A DNA stretch of 64,000 nt, taken from positions 5,672,600 through 5,736,599 of the forward strand of contig NC_134036.1 in the NCBI RefSeq assembly GCF_964204645.1, read 5' to 3'. This document shows positions 54,141-64,000 of this stretch, one piece after another; position 1 is the stretch's first letter, and every line of letters starts with the position of its first letter. This DNA is from Tubulanus polymorphus (taxonomy: Eukaryota > Animalia > Nemertea). The notes below the pieces were generated by a model that worked only from the letters and a program-made list of their open reading frames with translations, did no database searches and had not been told where the DNA came from. A program made the translations under genes and the position numbers.

Positions 54141-55332
54141 ATACGTTTTTACGCTGTCAAATCTTAGCGAAATCTAAGATTCAATTTTCGCCACTGTGTC
54201 GTCTACGTCCGTGCGCGGACTGCTTAACGCACACGGCGTGAGGAAATATAAAAATCCGTCCGTTTACGTCCTTATCGTGCTCGGTCGCGAGATCGCGGTG
54301 GAACAATGCTCAGTTGCGCGGCGAAGAAGTTTTTCCTTTAGAAACCATCCGTCAAAATTCACTGCCGGAAGGGGCGTAGATTTGACTAAAATCCCGTTTA
54401 CTGAGAAATAGAAATCGATCACTGCGCTAAATCGATTACCGCGATTCCGATAGAATAAAAAAGATTAAAACGCGCTACCACCGGTAAACAGTTAAAGGTT
54501 CAAAACCACTAGAAATATTTCTTATATTATGCGTTCGCGCTATCTTATCCCAATTTTCATAGTCAAGACTTAATATAATGTGAAATCATTACGAAAGCGA
54601 TCGATCGTTCAATTTCGAATCGATCACGATTTGAATCTGAAATTGACGTCAGGAAAAAATGCGCAAAACATTTTCGAGAACATCGAATAAAATTGACATT
54701 TCAATAACTCACCTCTACGTCTTTGTATCGCTTCGTTTCGGTCGTAACCCATAAACAACCCATCGGTCGCTGGACTACTCACGCTTTATGACGAAGATAT
54801 CCACATTCTCAAGAAACATATCCACTTCACAATCCTCGTAATATATGCGAATCCTCCAAAAATCCGATTTTATCATATAAGTGCGCTTCGATTAAAAAAG
54901 GAACGCGACGACGCATTCGATACGTCGTTTAATCGTTTTCGAAAGTTCCCTTTTTTGTATGTATATCTCAAGTGGTGTCCGGCACTCGGTAAAACGGCTA
55001 CTTGTGGCCGTACGGTTTATATGGCCGGTGTACAACTAGATTCGATTCACGCACACCAATGCGGATTTAGGGCAGCGACCTCGATAATTCTCAAATTTCT
55101 ATTGTATGTCGTGGAATATCAACGGAAACGTATGAATTGCCGCTCAACGATCAAGAAGTGTAGCCCATAAAAGGCTTCGTGTTAAATGAAAGAAAATGTT
55201 ATATTGATGTCATGATAATCATTATTGAGAAAATTGTAGCTATTGGAATGATTGAAAATTGTTGATTTGAAGGAATTCTCGCGTCGCGTAGTTCATCTGA
55301 CACCCGCATAGATGGCGCTGATGATAACATTA

Positions 55333-55500
55333 GCGGCCTCGGTAGCTCAGTGAGATAAGGCGTGATGCTGTGGGCTGAGTGTGTTCGACTCCCGCTGGCT
55401 GCTTACAATGTGCCGGCAACACTTCAAAGGCCGTCCCGTCGTGAGGTTAAATGCATAATCCAATAGGGTTAGTTTTTGGGGCGGGGGCTCTGTGTGAGTC
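55333..55500 (+). mobile_element. tRNA-derived SINE-like element
   Basis: A-box-like TAGCTCAGTG (55343) and B-box-like GTTCGACTCC (55383), without a complete cloverleaf. Confidence 0.45.
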
Positions 55501-56078
55501 GATGAGCACTGCGTCATCGATATTGGTGTTTCAAAACAGCGATTGCATTTATTTTGTAACTCAATTTATTTCATAACTCTTATTTTATTTTTGATAAATT
55601 TTTATGATTATTTTTGTGCTACGTCATTAAACTATCGGGGTTAGACTGGTTACCGGCCAATTCAATTATTGATATATTCAAATCTGAAATGATTTTGATA
55701 CTTGATCTTTTTTCAAGCAATTAAGTGTGTTGTTTTTCAAGGCGTCGATAAACTTTAAAGTTAGTTTTCTTGTTACTGTCGATTTGGATCTTGTTTCAAA
55801 GCCACTTCATACCGCTAACGATGCTTTAACATAATCAGACGTGTTTTAAATGCAAAGTTTTGTCGTCTATGAACTTCTGTGGATTTTTAAGTATTTGACC
55901 TCCCTGCCGAGCATCTATACATTATCAGAACACAACACGAATATCAATTTTACCGATTTTATAGACGAATATTATATTTTCATCAGATCATGTACATATG
56001 AGCTGTACGATATTGACTAGTCACTTCCACGGTCATTGCCAAATTCTGGTCTTGGCAAACGAGGTGAACGGTTTATTT

Positions 56079-59000
56079 CTACATCTGAGGCTCTGAAATT
56101 CAAAATGCAGTCACAGAAATAGATGATAGAAATTATTGAAATCTTTCGCTATTACGCAACGAAGTACCGCCGCACACCGCTAGATGCCGATACATTTTGA
56201 ATGACAAACTCCACTAGGTGACCCAACCAGAAGTTGTAGGTCGGTTCTGCCACCTCAGAAGTTGTAGAGATATGCTGTCAAAAAAACGGTCTATCGGGGT
56301 GGGCACCTCGGTACCAATTTCCTTTGTCAGTTATTTGAATATACCGCGCGGACGGGATCATGAAAACTTGTGTCAATCCGGTAAAACTTTCGACCATTTC
56401 GCCAATTTTAGAATTAGATTTAAATTAGATTACCTAGTTTGATGTTATCGATTGCGATAAGCGCTGTCGCATTTAAGTTCGTTCGCAAGGCGACTATCGT
56501 GATCTGAAAAAAAAAATGAATCGAGGCACCTTAGATTCAAAACAGGCGAGTAAAGCACTGTATCTATGCACTTGAAACGGTATGTCCGCGGTACGCGTAG
56601 TCTTATAGACCACTCGAAAATGAATGCGATATCGTGCGTAAAACATGTATAGTAATTGGCAGGCGCGGACGCAGAAAGGATTTGAGGGATCGTGACAGCC
56701 CCCCCCCCCCACACCTGCCTGCTCAGCTACCATAACAAAAAATTCTTATCGTTTTCTCGGAGGAATGTATTCAAGACAAAGTGGGCGGACAGTATTACCT
56801 CATAATCGGTACCATTTCGTCTTATGTTAGGCAAAACAATATGTTGTGTTGGCCCCCTGTTATTAGAGATTTTAGTCGTTGGTTTATCATAAACATTATT
56901 TCGTCAACCCCCTCCAGGAATAAATCCTGGATCCGGGCCTGAATCAGTCTGGTAAATTAGGAATTATCAGTAATGCCTAAAAGGCCGGATAATGGCTTAT
57001 TTTCGTGCGAGTCGTCGATATAACCCGTGATCTCGACTGGGTTCTTACCGCTATATCGTTGTCCGCAGCTATGTTTATGTGTAGAGAATCCCACTGAGAA
57101 CTAATGCTGGTTTGCTGCCAATTCCATGCGGCGAGATGGGTGGTGGCAGAGAAGGCTTCAACGCCGAGATATACATTCTCGTCGAAGACGACATAGTAGT
57201 TAAAACTGAGCGTCATGTTACTGGTAAAGTTCAGCTCTTTTCGATATAACGCGGCGGCTATGCACGTCGTGCTATTATCCATCAACACGTACGCGTATGA
57301 ACCTGCAATAGATGACGTATCGAAGATATTTTCACGAACGCGGCGGTATCAACGAAATCCTCGGATAAAGTTATATCTTCAGAGAACAATTCTAAATTGT
57401 ATCTCAAAAATGAAACAGTCACAGCCAATGACACGAAATTTCCATTATTGTTTTACGCGCCTTCCTTAAAGTGACGTGTCTTTATCAAACTGTAACTGTG
57501 TTTGATTGTTGCAGCCTAGATAAATTAAGTTAACACCATAAAAACAGAAATTTTCACCATTCTAACTATTCATTCGTTTAAATTTTGTGCCAAAAGAGGG
57601 GTGGACGATATTTAACGGCACTAGAGGTTTTAGTTTTAAAAACGTTTAAATCCGTCCAAAAAGGGGACGTCCAAAAGACAGCCTCAAAATGGCGCCTGGT
57701 AATTGGAAACTTCCCTATTGCGCTGGCTTCAATAACCGATTCTCTATTTTTCTATGTTCTTTCCGATTTCTTTTTTCTTTTTTTATCGTTTTGTAACATT
57801 CAATAATGATGATAATGATGATAATAATGATAAAATCGATATAAAAGTCATGGTCTTTATCCGGTCGAAACGGGGCACTCTTTCTGCAGAATGCAGAGGG
57901 AGGGCAGTTTTAAATTATAAGGTTCCGCCTCGCGTTACCAGATGATAATGATAGTGACAGTCTCAGATTTGACACTACCGGTGCCACTCAAGTCAAGGAG
58001 TGCTCCTACTGATCTCGGCTGGTTGCGGTCTGCGCCACGCGTGCTGTTAACGCGCGTAATTATACCATTCTATGGTAACCGATTTATAACGGTTGGCTGC
58101 GCGATGACGTCACGCACATAAGGTCTACGAGAATCTTTCTATTAGAGTGATGAATGGGTTTTTCCGTCATTTGTTATACTTGCATTTTAGTTAGTCAATC
58201 CTCGCGACTCGCTACCAGGCGAGTGTGTGATACCGTTTCACTTACCTTCTCCATCGAGAGGACCATTTGGTCCTACATTCGAGTTCGGTACAGCGCCCGA
58301 GCTGAACATCCATTTACAGTACGGATAGTCAAGAACGGTTAACCACGTCCCAATCGTTTTGTCGTTGAAATCCACCAAATCTAAAAACAAGGAAGTAAAT
58401 ATCTGGGCCACTTATCGAAATGCATCTATCGTGACTAATAAAGATGATCGCATCTTGAATAACTCGTCGTGTTACGCGTACTCGACAAGCTGAATAACCA
58501 CTGACCAAGCGGACTATATTGGCTCACTGCTAAGCGCGCTTACTTGCTACGTGCGAGACCCGGGTTCGATCCCCGGTAAGTGCGCGTAATTTCGCTGTCA
58601 CTTCTCTTAGACGTTACATTGGCGGCGAACACATTACTTACCGGTAACCGTGTCTTCTAAATACAAAGAAGTAGAAAAGTCGTAACACAAATAAAAGGAA
58701 CGATTTAAACAAGGTCATACGGGCGCGTGTTGCAAGTATTCCCTTTCCGCATGTCGCGGGATTTCTTAATGACGTCACTAAGCGACCGTGCGAAGTTACA
58801 AAAGACGTTTCGGCGAATTTGACCGCGTCACATAATCGATCGTATTGAAATATTGAATTGAATTGAAGATGTCAAAATGAATCAAATATTGAATAAATGT
58901 GAATTGAATTTAGAATGAATCTAGACCTGCGCCGTGGGGGCTAAAGGGCCCGTTGCTCAAGGAGGCTCAATTTAAGTATCATCTATATGAAGAATTACAA

Positions 59001-59417
59001 TGTATGATTTAGCTACGTCTAAAGCCTCATTGTTGCCGTAACGCATTGGATGTTCTTGAACAAATGGAGTGTATGGCAGAACCCCAGTACATAAAATCTT
59101 ACCAGGCTCGGTTCTAGAGGGAGGGTTCAGGGCTCAGTTACGAACACAATTTCTAAATCGTTTCCTTGAGGGATGTACTTAAGCCAAAGCGGACGGACAG
59201 TACCACATAATCGAAACCATATCATCTTATGTTTGGCCAAATATGCCATGTATAGGCCCCCTACCATATTAAACATTTTAGTCGGCAGTATAACTTTGAA
59301 ATTTTTCATGAATCTCTCCTGGAAGAAATTCTGGATCGGCGACTGCTTACCGCTGTTATCAGCTGCGCATGGCGTCATCAACAGCAACATGGCTCCCAGT
59401 GTTAGGAAATAGTACAT
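56079..59417 (-). CDS. Small secreted single-MAM-domain protein (~180 aa; last exon uncertain)
   Basis: Exons 59417-59351, 58380-58246, 57302-57049, 56503-56434, then probably 56092-56079 (EPQM*). Signal MYYFLTLGAMLLLMTPCAA; MAM-like VDFND..W..SGAVPNSNVGP..GSYAYV..LSFNYY..W..W..IAIDNIKL. Confidence 0.75.
56660..56941. mobile_element. Short non-autonomous DNA-transposon-like element
   Basis: Termini CAGGCGCGGA / TCCGGGCCTG (imperfect TIR) with internal poly-C tracts; no clear TSD. Confidence 0.4.
58509..58590 (+). mobile_element. tRNA-like SINE head or tRNA pseudogene in a MAM-gene intron
   Basis: A-box-like TGGCTCACTGCT and T-arm CCGGG-TTCGATC-CCCGG; acceptor and anticodon stems poorly paired. 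Confidence 0.45.
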
Positions 59418-59734
59418 CTGAAATAATAGACACAATACAGATTCTTATAGACAGATTCATACAGATTCTTATATCTTAACAAGCATTCAACATTGCGTTT
59501 GCTAGCAATTACTAGTCAAATTCGGCAGCATTCGTTTGTCATAATAAACAATCGTACCCGGTACCTATACAAGCAAAGGGGCAGAAAATCCGAATTATTA
59601 GCTGATTACCTTTATCTGATAGCTGCGGAACTTTTCAGATTATTTGCGTTGTCGTCTAAGTTGTATCCAGCAACTGCAATCACAGGTGGTAACGAGATGC
59701 GAATATATAGCTGAGTTTGAATTATACTTGAAAA

Positions 59735-60370
59735 CAGCTGGTGGAATCCTGCTATTGTGTCAGTAAAAAAATGCTGATAGGACCATAGAGTTGTAGATTT
59801 AAGAGATTACTATTTCACGTTGCGTAACAAAACAAACGCATTCGCGTTAAAAGTAGCCAGAGAAAACGCGAAGAATTGATGAATGCAAATAATGATACAA
59901 TGATGCACAGATGGTGGGATCCAGTCATTGTGTTTGTGGAGAATGCTGATAGGACCTGTACGCCCGAGAATTTTACTGACAATTGACACCTTTATCTGTA
60001 TGTGTCAGCACGACCTGCAACGCCATTAAAAGTAGCCAGACGAGACCTGAAGAATTAATGAATAGAAACAATGCAAAGCTATTGTTTGGAACTAGACATT
60101 GTGTTAACGAAGAATGTCGATAGAACCTGCATTGCTTATTTGCTGATTTTACGGATTATTCGCACTATTGTCAGTCTGTGTCTCTGAACCGAACGCACCA
60201 ACGTTGAAAGAAGTCATACAAAACGCGAAAAATTGACGAATACGAACATTGATAAACAGACGGTGACAACTAGTCATTGTGTTTGCGAACAATGCCAATA
60301 GAACTGCACGTCTGAGAATTGCAAAAATTTGGACAGTTGATGAATAAAAAGTAAAGAATACTGACAGGAC
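59735..60370. repeat. Degenerate ~175-bp tandem repeat (~4 units)
   Basis: CATTGTGT..AATGCTGATAGGAC-like motif recurs at ~59777, 59948, 60119 and 60298. Confidence 0.6.
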
Positions 60371-60539
60371 TTGCATTTCTTGGAGTTGCAAAGAGTGCAA
60401 TTGGTGGTGGGCATAGGCTTTGAGAAGCGATTTGATCAATGATTTGAGAACCATTCATTTTTATGAGATCATGTACATAACACGTGTATGAATTCAAGTA
60501 GTCGTTTACTTTTCAAAACTTATATGTAAGAAATAGAAA

Positions 60540-61140
60540 GAAATCATCTTCTTTCTGTTTCTAAAGTTTCTTCTGTATGCCCCTGGCACTAATTCGTAAG
60601 CTTTGATTATGATTGGTTTTACAGTATCGTAATCAGCACTTGGCTCCGTTGACAGAACTGAGCAACAGTGCTTTTGCCAATTCTAAGTAGCAGCCACTTT
60701 CTCGAAATGAAGAAAATACTTATCCGCATCTTTTTCGATGATCTTCGGAACCATTCGTATCCGTCTGGGGACATCAAATACCGGTTGAAGAACGACGTGT
60801 TGATAATAATCGAATTCCATCTCTTGTTGTAGCTCAATCTCACGAATTCTTAGTTGAAATTGTCGTGCTTGTCTGAAATTGTTGTTCTAGACGTCTAACT
60901 TCTAGAGATGTGCCTTCAGCTCGTTCCGAACATTTCACAGAGGAAATAATTTCGTTAGCGGCAATATATTCAGACACCGCAATCGGGATTTCTTGCTCTT
61001 TAAAGTTTGACTCAATATTCGGACGTTCGAATCGGTTTTTTTTCGATTTGATAATTGTAATAGATCAGTTTTGAGCGTACGCTCAAACAAATCCAACGAC
61101 GGGCGGACGAAAGAGGGATGTACTATATCAGCCGACAAAT
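60540..61140 (-). mobile_element. Decayed Gypsy (Gmr1-like) LTR retrotransposon gag fragment
   Basis: - strand frames give FDVPRRIRMVPKIIEKDADKYFLHFEKVA and IIKAYELVPGAYRRNFRNRKK, recalled hallmark motifs of this gag family, broken by stops and frameshifts. Confidence 0.75.
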
Positions 61141-61723
61141 CAGCTATGGTTGTAATACAAAAAGTCTGACGGGGACCAAGGTAATAGATAGCGCAGTACC
61201 TTTGGCTCGGGAGTTCATTCGAACCAGTACAAAACTGATTCAGTTTCCCGGGCGAACACTCAATTTCTGTTACGGTCAGAAAGAACCACGACGAAACCAG
61301 CTACAAGACAACTCGTGGCATTTCACGATACAATCACGTAGTATATTTTCAAGTACTAACTTTAATGAACTCCCGACAGAACAAGACGTCCTGGTAATAT
61401 TGCAGATCGATGACATGCGCAGATATCCATGAAACAGGAACGGCCAATACTGCCCAGAACAATTCATGCAATACAATATTGAATGTGCGAATAACAAATA
61501 TTTATTTACACTTTTTATCTATAACAAGTACGTTACAAAGGGTCGGTCTAATGTTTAGTATTCCAAAGACAGGCTATACGAATCTAGGACAAAAACAGGT
61601 GGGAGTGTAACCTAAAGGTCACCTATAGGTCATGATCTCACATTTTGGAGGCCGGAAGGGCAACAGCCACGCAAATTTATTGTTATCAACTATTTATTTC
61701 TTATAAATTTCACTGGACACTTT

Positions 61724-63344
61724 TTAAGGAACATAGGTTGAATGGTTTAATCGAATATTTGGAGTAGTTAGGGACGGCTGAGAACTATCATATAGTTGGT
61801 CCCCATCCACCGCCACCAGATGAAGCCACGATTTACGGTTGGTTTCCCCGTCGGTTGTCTCCGGCAGAACTCGACGCCTATCGTCGACGTCACCGTCACC
61901 CTTTGCTCGTGGAAATCCCGGGTTTTCTTCGACTTCGACGACGATTGCTGCCGGCACGAGCCCCCCGCTATCGTCCACGACGAATCTTCGACCGGTGCGA
62001 GGACAGACGAGGTCGGTGGATAGTTTATCGCATTTTTCGTTGACCCAGCCACGCTGTACGGCTGGGTTACCGTACACGAGCGCGTACGCTTTCACGTCCT
62101 TGGTGACGACGGCGCCGGCTCCGATCATCGCGTACCGGCCGATGCGCACGCCGCACACGACCGTTGCGTTGGCGCCGATCGTCGCGCCGCGCTCTACGAC
62201 TGTCGATTCGGGTTTCCAGTCTCTTTTTTCGGCACGGGGATGGCGATTATTGGTGAATGTGCACGACGGGCCGCAGAATACTCCGTCCGCTAGCGTCACG
62301 TAGCGGCAGACGCTGACGTTATTCTGCAGTTTGCAACCGCGCCCGATTGTGACGCCCGCATCGATGTACACGTTCTGACCTAGTTGACAGTCGGGACCAA
62401 TAACAGCGCCGGACCTTACTTGCGAATACAGCCAGATTTTTGTGCCCGATCCGATTTTACAGCCTGGTTCCAATACGGACGTCTCGTGCACGAAGTAATC
62501 GTGTTTGCTTTCCATTCGTAAATCCTGGACTCGAACCCGATGACGGAAAACATCTCGTCTTTCATAACAAGTGACGTTATCGAAGTTACCTTCGTCGAAT
62601 TGGGCCCGATTCAAATATTCGTCGATTAGGCGCCAAGAACCGTCCGATTCGAGAGACTCGTGCGCCAGTTCCAAGAGGCACAATACATCGATGCCGAGAT
62701 CGTCCGGCGCACACGACTCCGTGCTTCCGTCGCCATAAGACACGATCGCCTTCGCGAAAGCGGAGTGCTCCGATTTCAAAGGCTCCTCTACGCAGCAGGG
62801 GACGAAAAAACCACCATCGCTAGCGTCTGGAGTACCGGTCAACGAAAATCTCACAGCGTCTACGTCGGAGTCGGTCGGGTAGAATTTTAGTTTTTTGCTC
62901 CAAGGCTGCCCGTCGTCAAACACAAACGCGCCTGCCTTACCGTTGACCACGATTTTGTGTCCCTTGACTGGATAATCCCAAATCATCGTCGACGTGGTTT
63001 TCAGGCCGGTGCCGTCGCCGAACTCCATACGAATATCGACCTCTTGCGAGAGGCCCCTTGTCGTTTGACCGACCGCTCTGAGTCGCAGGGGCATGCGACC
63101 GCCGGCTACGGCCAGTATGACGTCGATATCGTGCGGTTCCATACGCCAGTCAACACGATCGGTCGTGTCCGAGCGGTACCAGTAGGTTCGCACGGTCGTC
63201 ACGTCACCGATCGCGCCGCTCGAGATCGACCGCAACATCGCCTGTACGGCGTTGTGGTGTAGCATCTGATGCCCAGTCGTTACCAGCAGACGGCGTGAGT
63301 CGGCTCGACGCACCAGTCTCCTCGCTTGCGCGTACGACAGAGTC

Positions 63345-63376
<32 letters not shown>

Positions 63377-63622
63377 TCGTAACGCCTGTTCGGCCAGGTC
63401 GTAATGGCTGCGGTCAGGCGTGGCGATGACCACAGCGTCGACGGAATCATCGGCGAGCATCTCGTCCAGGCTGTAAACGGCGACGCCCGGGTGTGTTCGG
63501 CGAAATGACGCGACGGTCGCAACGTCCCCGTCGCATACGCCGGCCAGCGAGCCGCGCTCGATCAAAACCCGCACGTGGTTCTTACCACAGTAGCCGCAAC
63601 CTATCACTCCTATTCTCAACAT
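61724..63622 (-). CDS. Bifunctional Gfo/Idh/MocA NAD-dependent sugar-nucleotide dehydrogenase + left-handed beta-helix N-acetyltransferase (WlbA/WbpB + WlbB/WbpD-like fusion), ~632 aa
   Basis: Uninterrupted ORF. N-terminal domain: Rossmann GVIGCGYCG, VVIATP, HVLVEKPM, PHDID. C-terminal domain: YFVHETS..IGSGTKIW..CQLGQNV..CKLQNNVSV..VFCGPSCTFTN..PR..GATIGANATVVCG..IGRYAMIGAGAVVTKDV..GNPA. Likely start is M at 63622, just after an acceptor TTTCAG; AATAAA at 61698-61693 and 61681-61676 on the - strand. Confidence 0.88.
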
Positions 63623-64000
63623 TTCGCTTCTTTGCCTGAAATAGTACGATGATGAAATATACAATATCCGCATGTCATGGATTTTCCTCGTAGAATTAAA
63701 ACGGGCTCATTATCTAGTGAGTGGGATACGGCGCCGACGACGTTCTTTTCGCGCGCAGTGCTGAGCGACGAACAAAGTTCGCACGAATCGAGTTGGCCGC
63801 TAACGCTGCGCGGGTAACACTCCAAATCCCGTCTTGAGATTGAGCGAACTCGCAGTTAGGCTGGGTATCGACGATGCGAAAGACATAAAGCGAAATGAAA
63901 CGGGATGTTACAAATTAGCCTGAAATGTACCCCTGTTTTTACTATTTCGACGTTTACTTACATATCCTCGAACTAGACGATCAATGCCTGTGTACGATGC

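Noticed and set aside
58509-58590. Functional tRNA genes here, at 55333 and at ~35125
   Set aside because: Only A/B boxes or a T-arm are present; a full cloverleaf could not be folded.
61724-63622. Higher GC of the fusion gene as evidence for HGT or contamination
   Set aside because: Host Kunitz exons look similarly GC- and CpG-rich, so composition is not diagnostic; not quantified.
63623-63673. Upstream ATG extension MRILYISSSYYFRQRSE of the 649-aa ORF
   Set aside because: It overlaps a pyrimidine-rich splice acceptor, and family similarity starts at MLRIGVIG. An upstream coding exon cannot be excluded.

Overview
Eukaryotic (animal, invertebrate-like) genomic DNA with spliceosomal introns. 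Positions 1-48.2 kb hold a head-to-tail array of five + strand GRL101-like LGR-type GPCR genes (~1,890-1,950 aa). Each has a signal peptide, CUB-like domains, C-type lectin domains, ~7 LDLa repeats, LRRs and a 7TM domain, all on only 3 coding exons; a small pseudogene fragment follows. Between copies 4 and 5 lies an 11-exon gene, not captured as a single ORF by the ORF track, for a secreted protein with three atypical Kunitz modules. Further right are two - strand genes for small secreted proteins (one WSC, one MAM domain) that share a homologous signal-peptide exon, then a decayed Gypsy gag fragment. The window ends with an intronless, bacterial-type Gfo/Idh/MocA dehydrogenase + hexapeptide N-acetyltransferase fusion (WlbA/WbpB + WlbB/WbpD-like). 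It has a splice acceptor upstream and AATAAA downstream and is a strong candidate for a domesticated horizontally transferred nucleotide-sugar gene. MITE-like palindromes, tRNA-derived SINE-like heads, a Penelope-like remnant and a 65-bp minisatellite are also present. Gene models were built by eye from splice sites and reading frames, and family assignments come from recalled motifs, not database searches.
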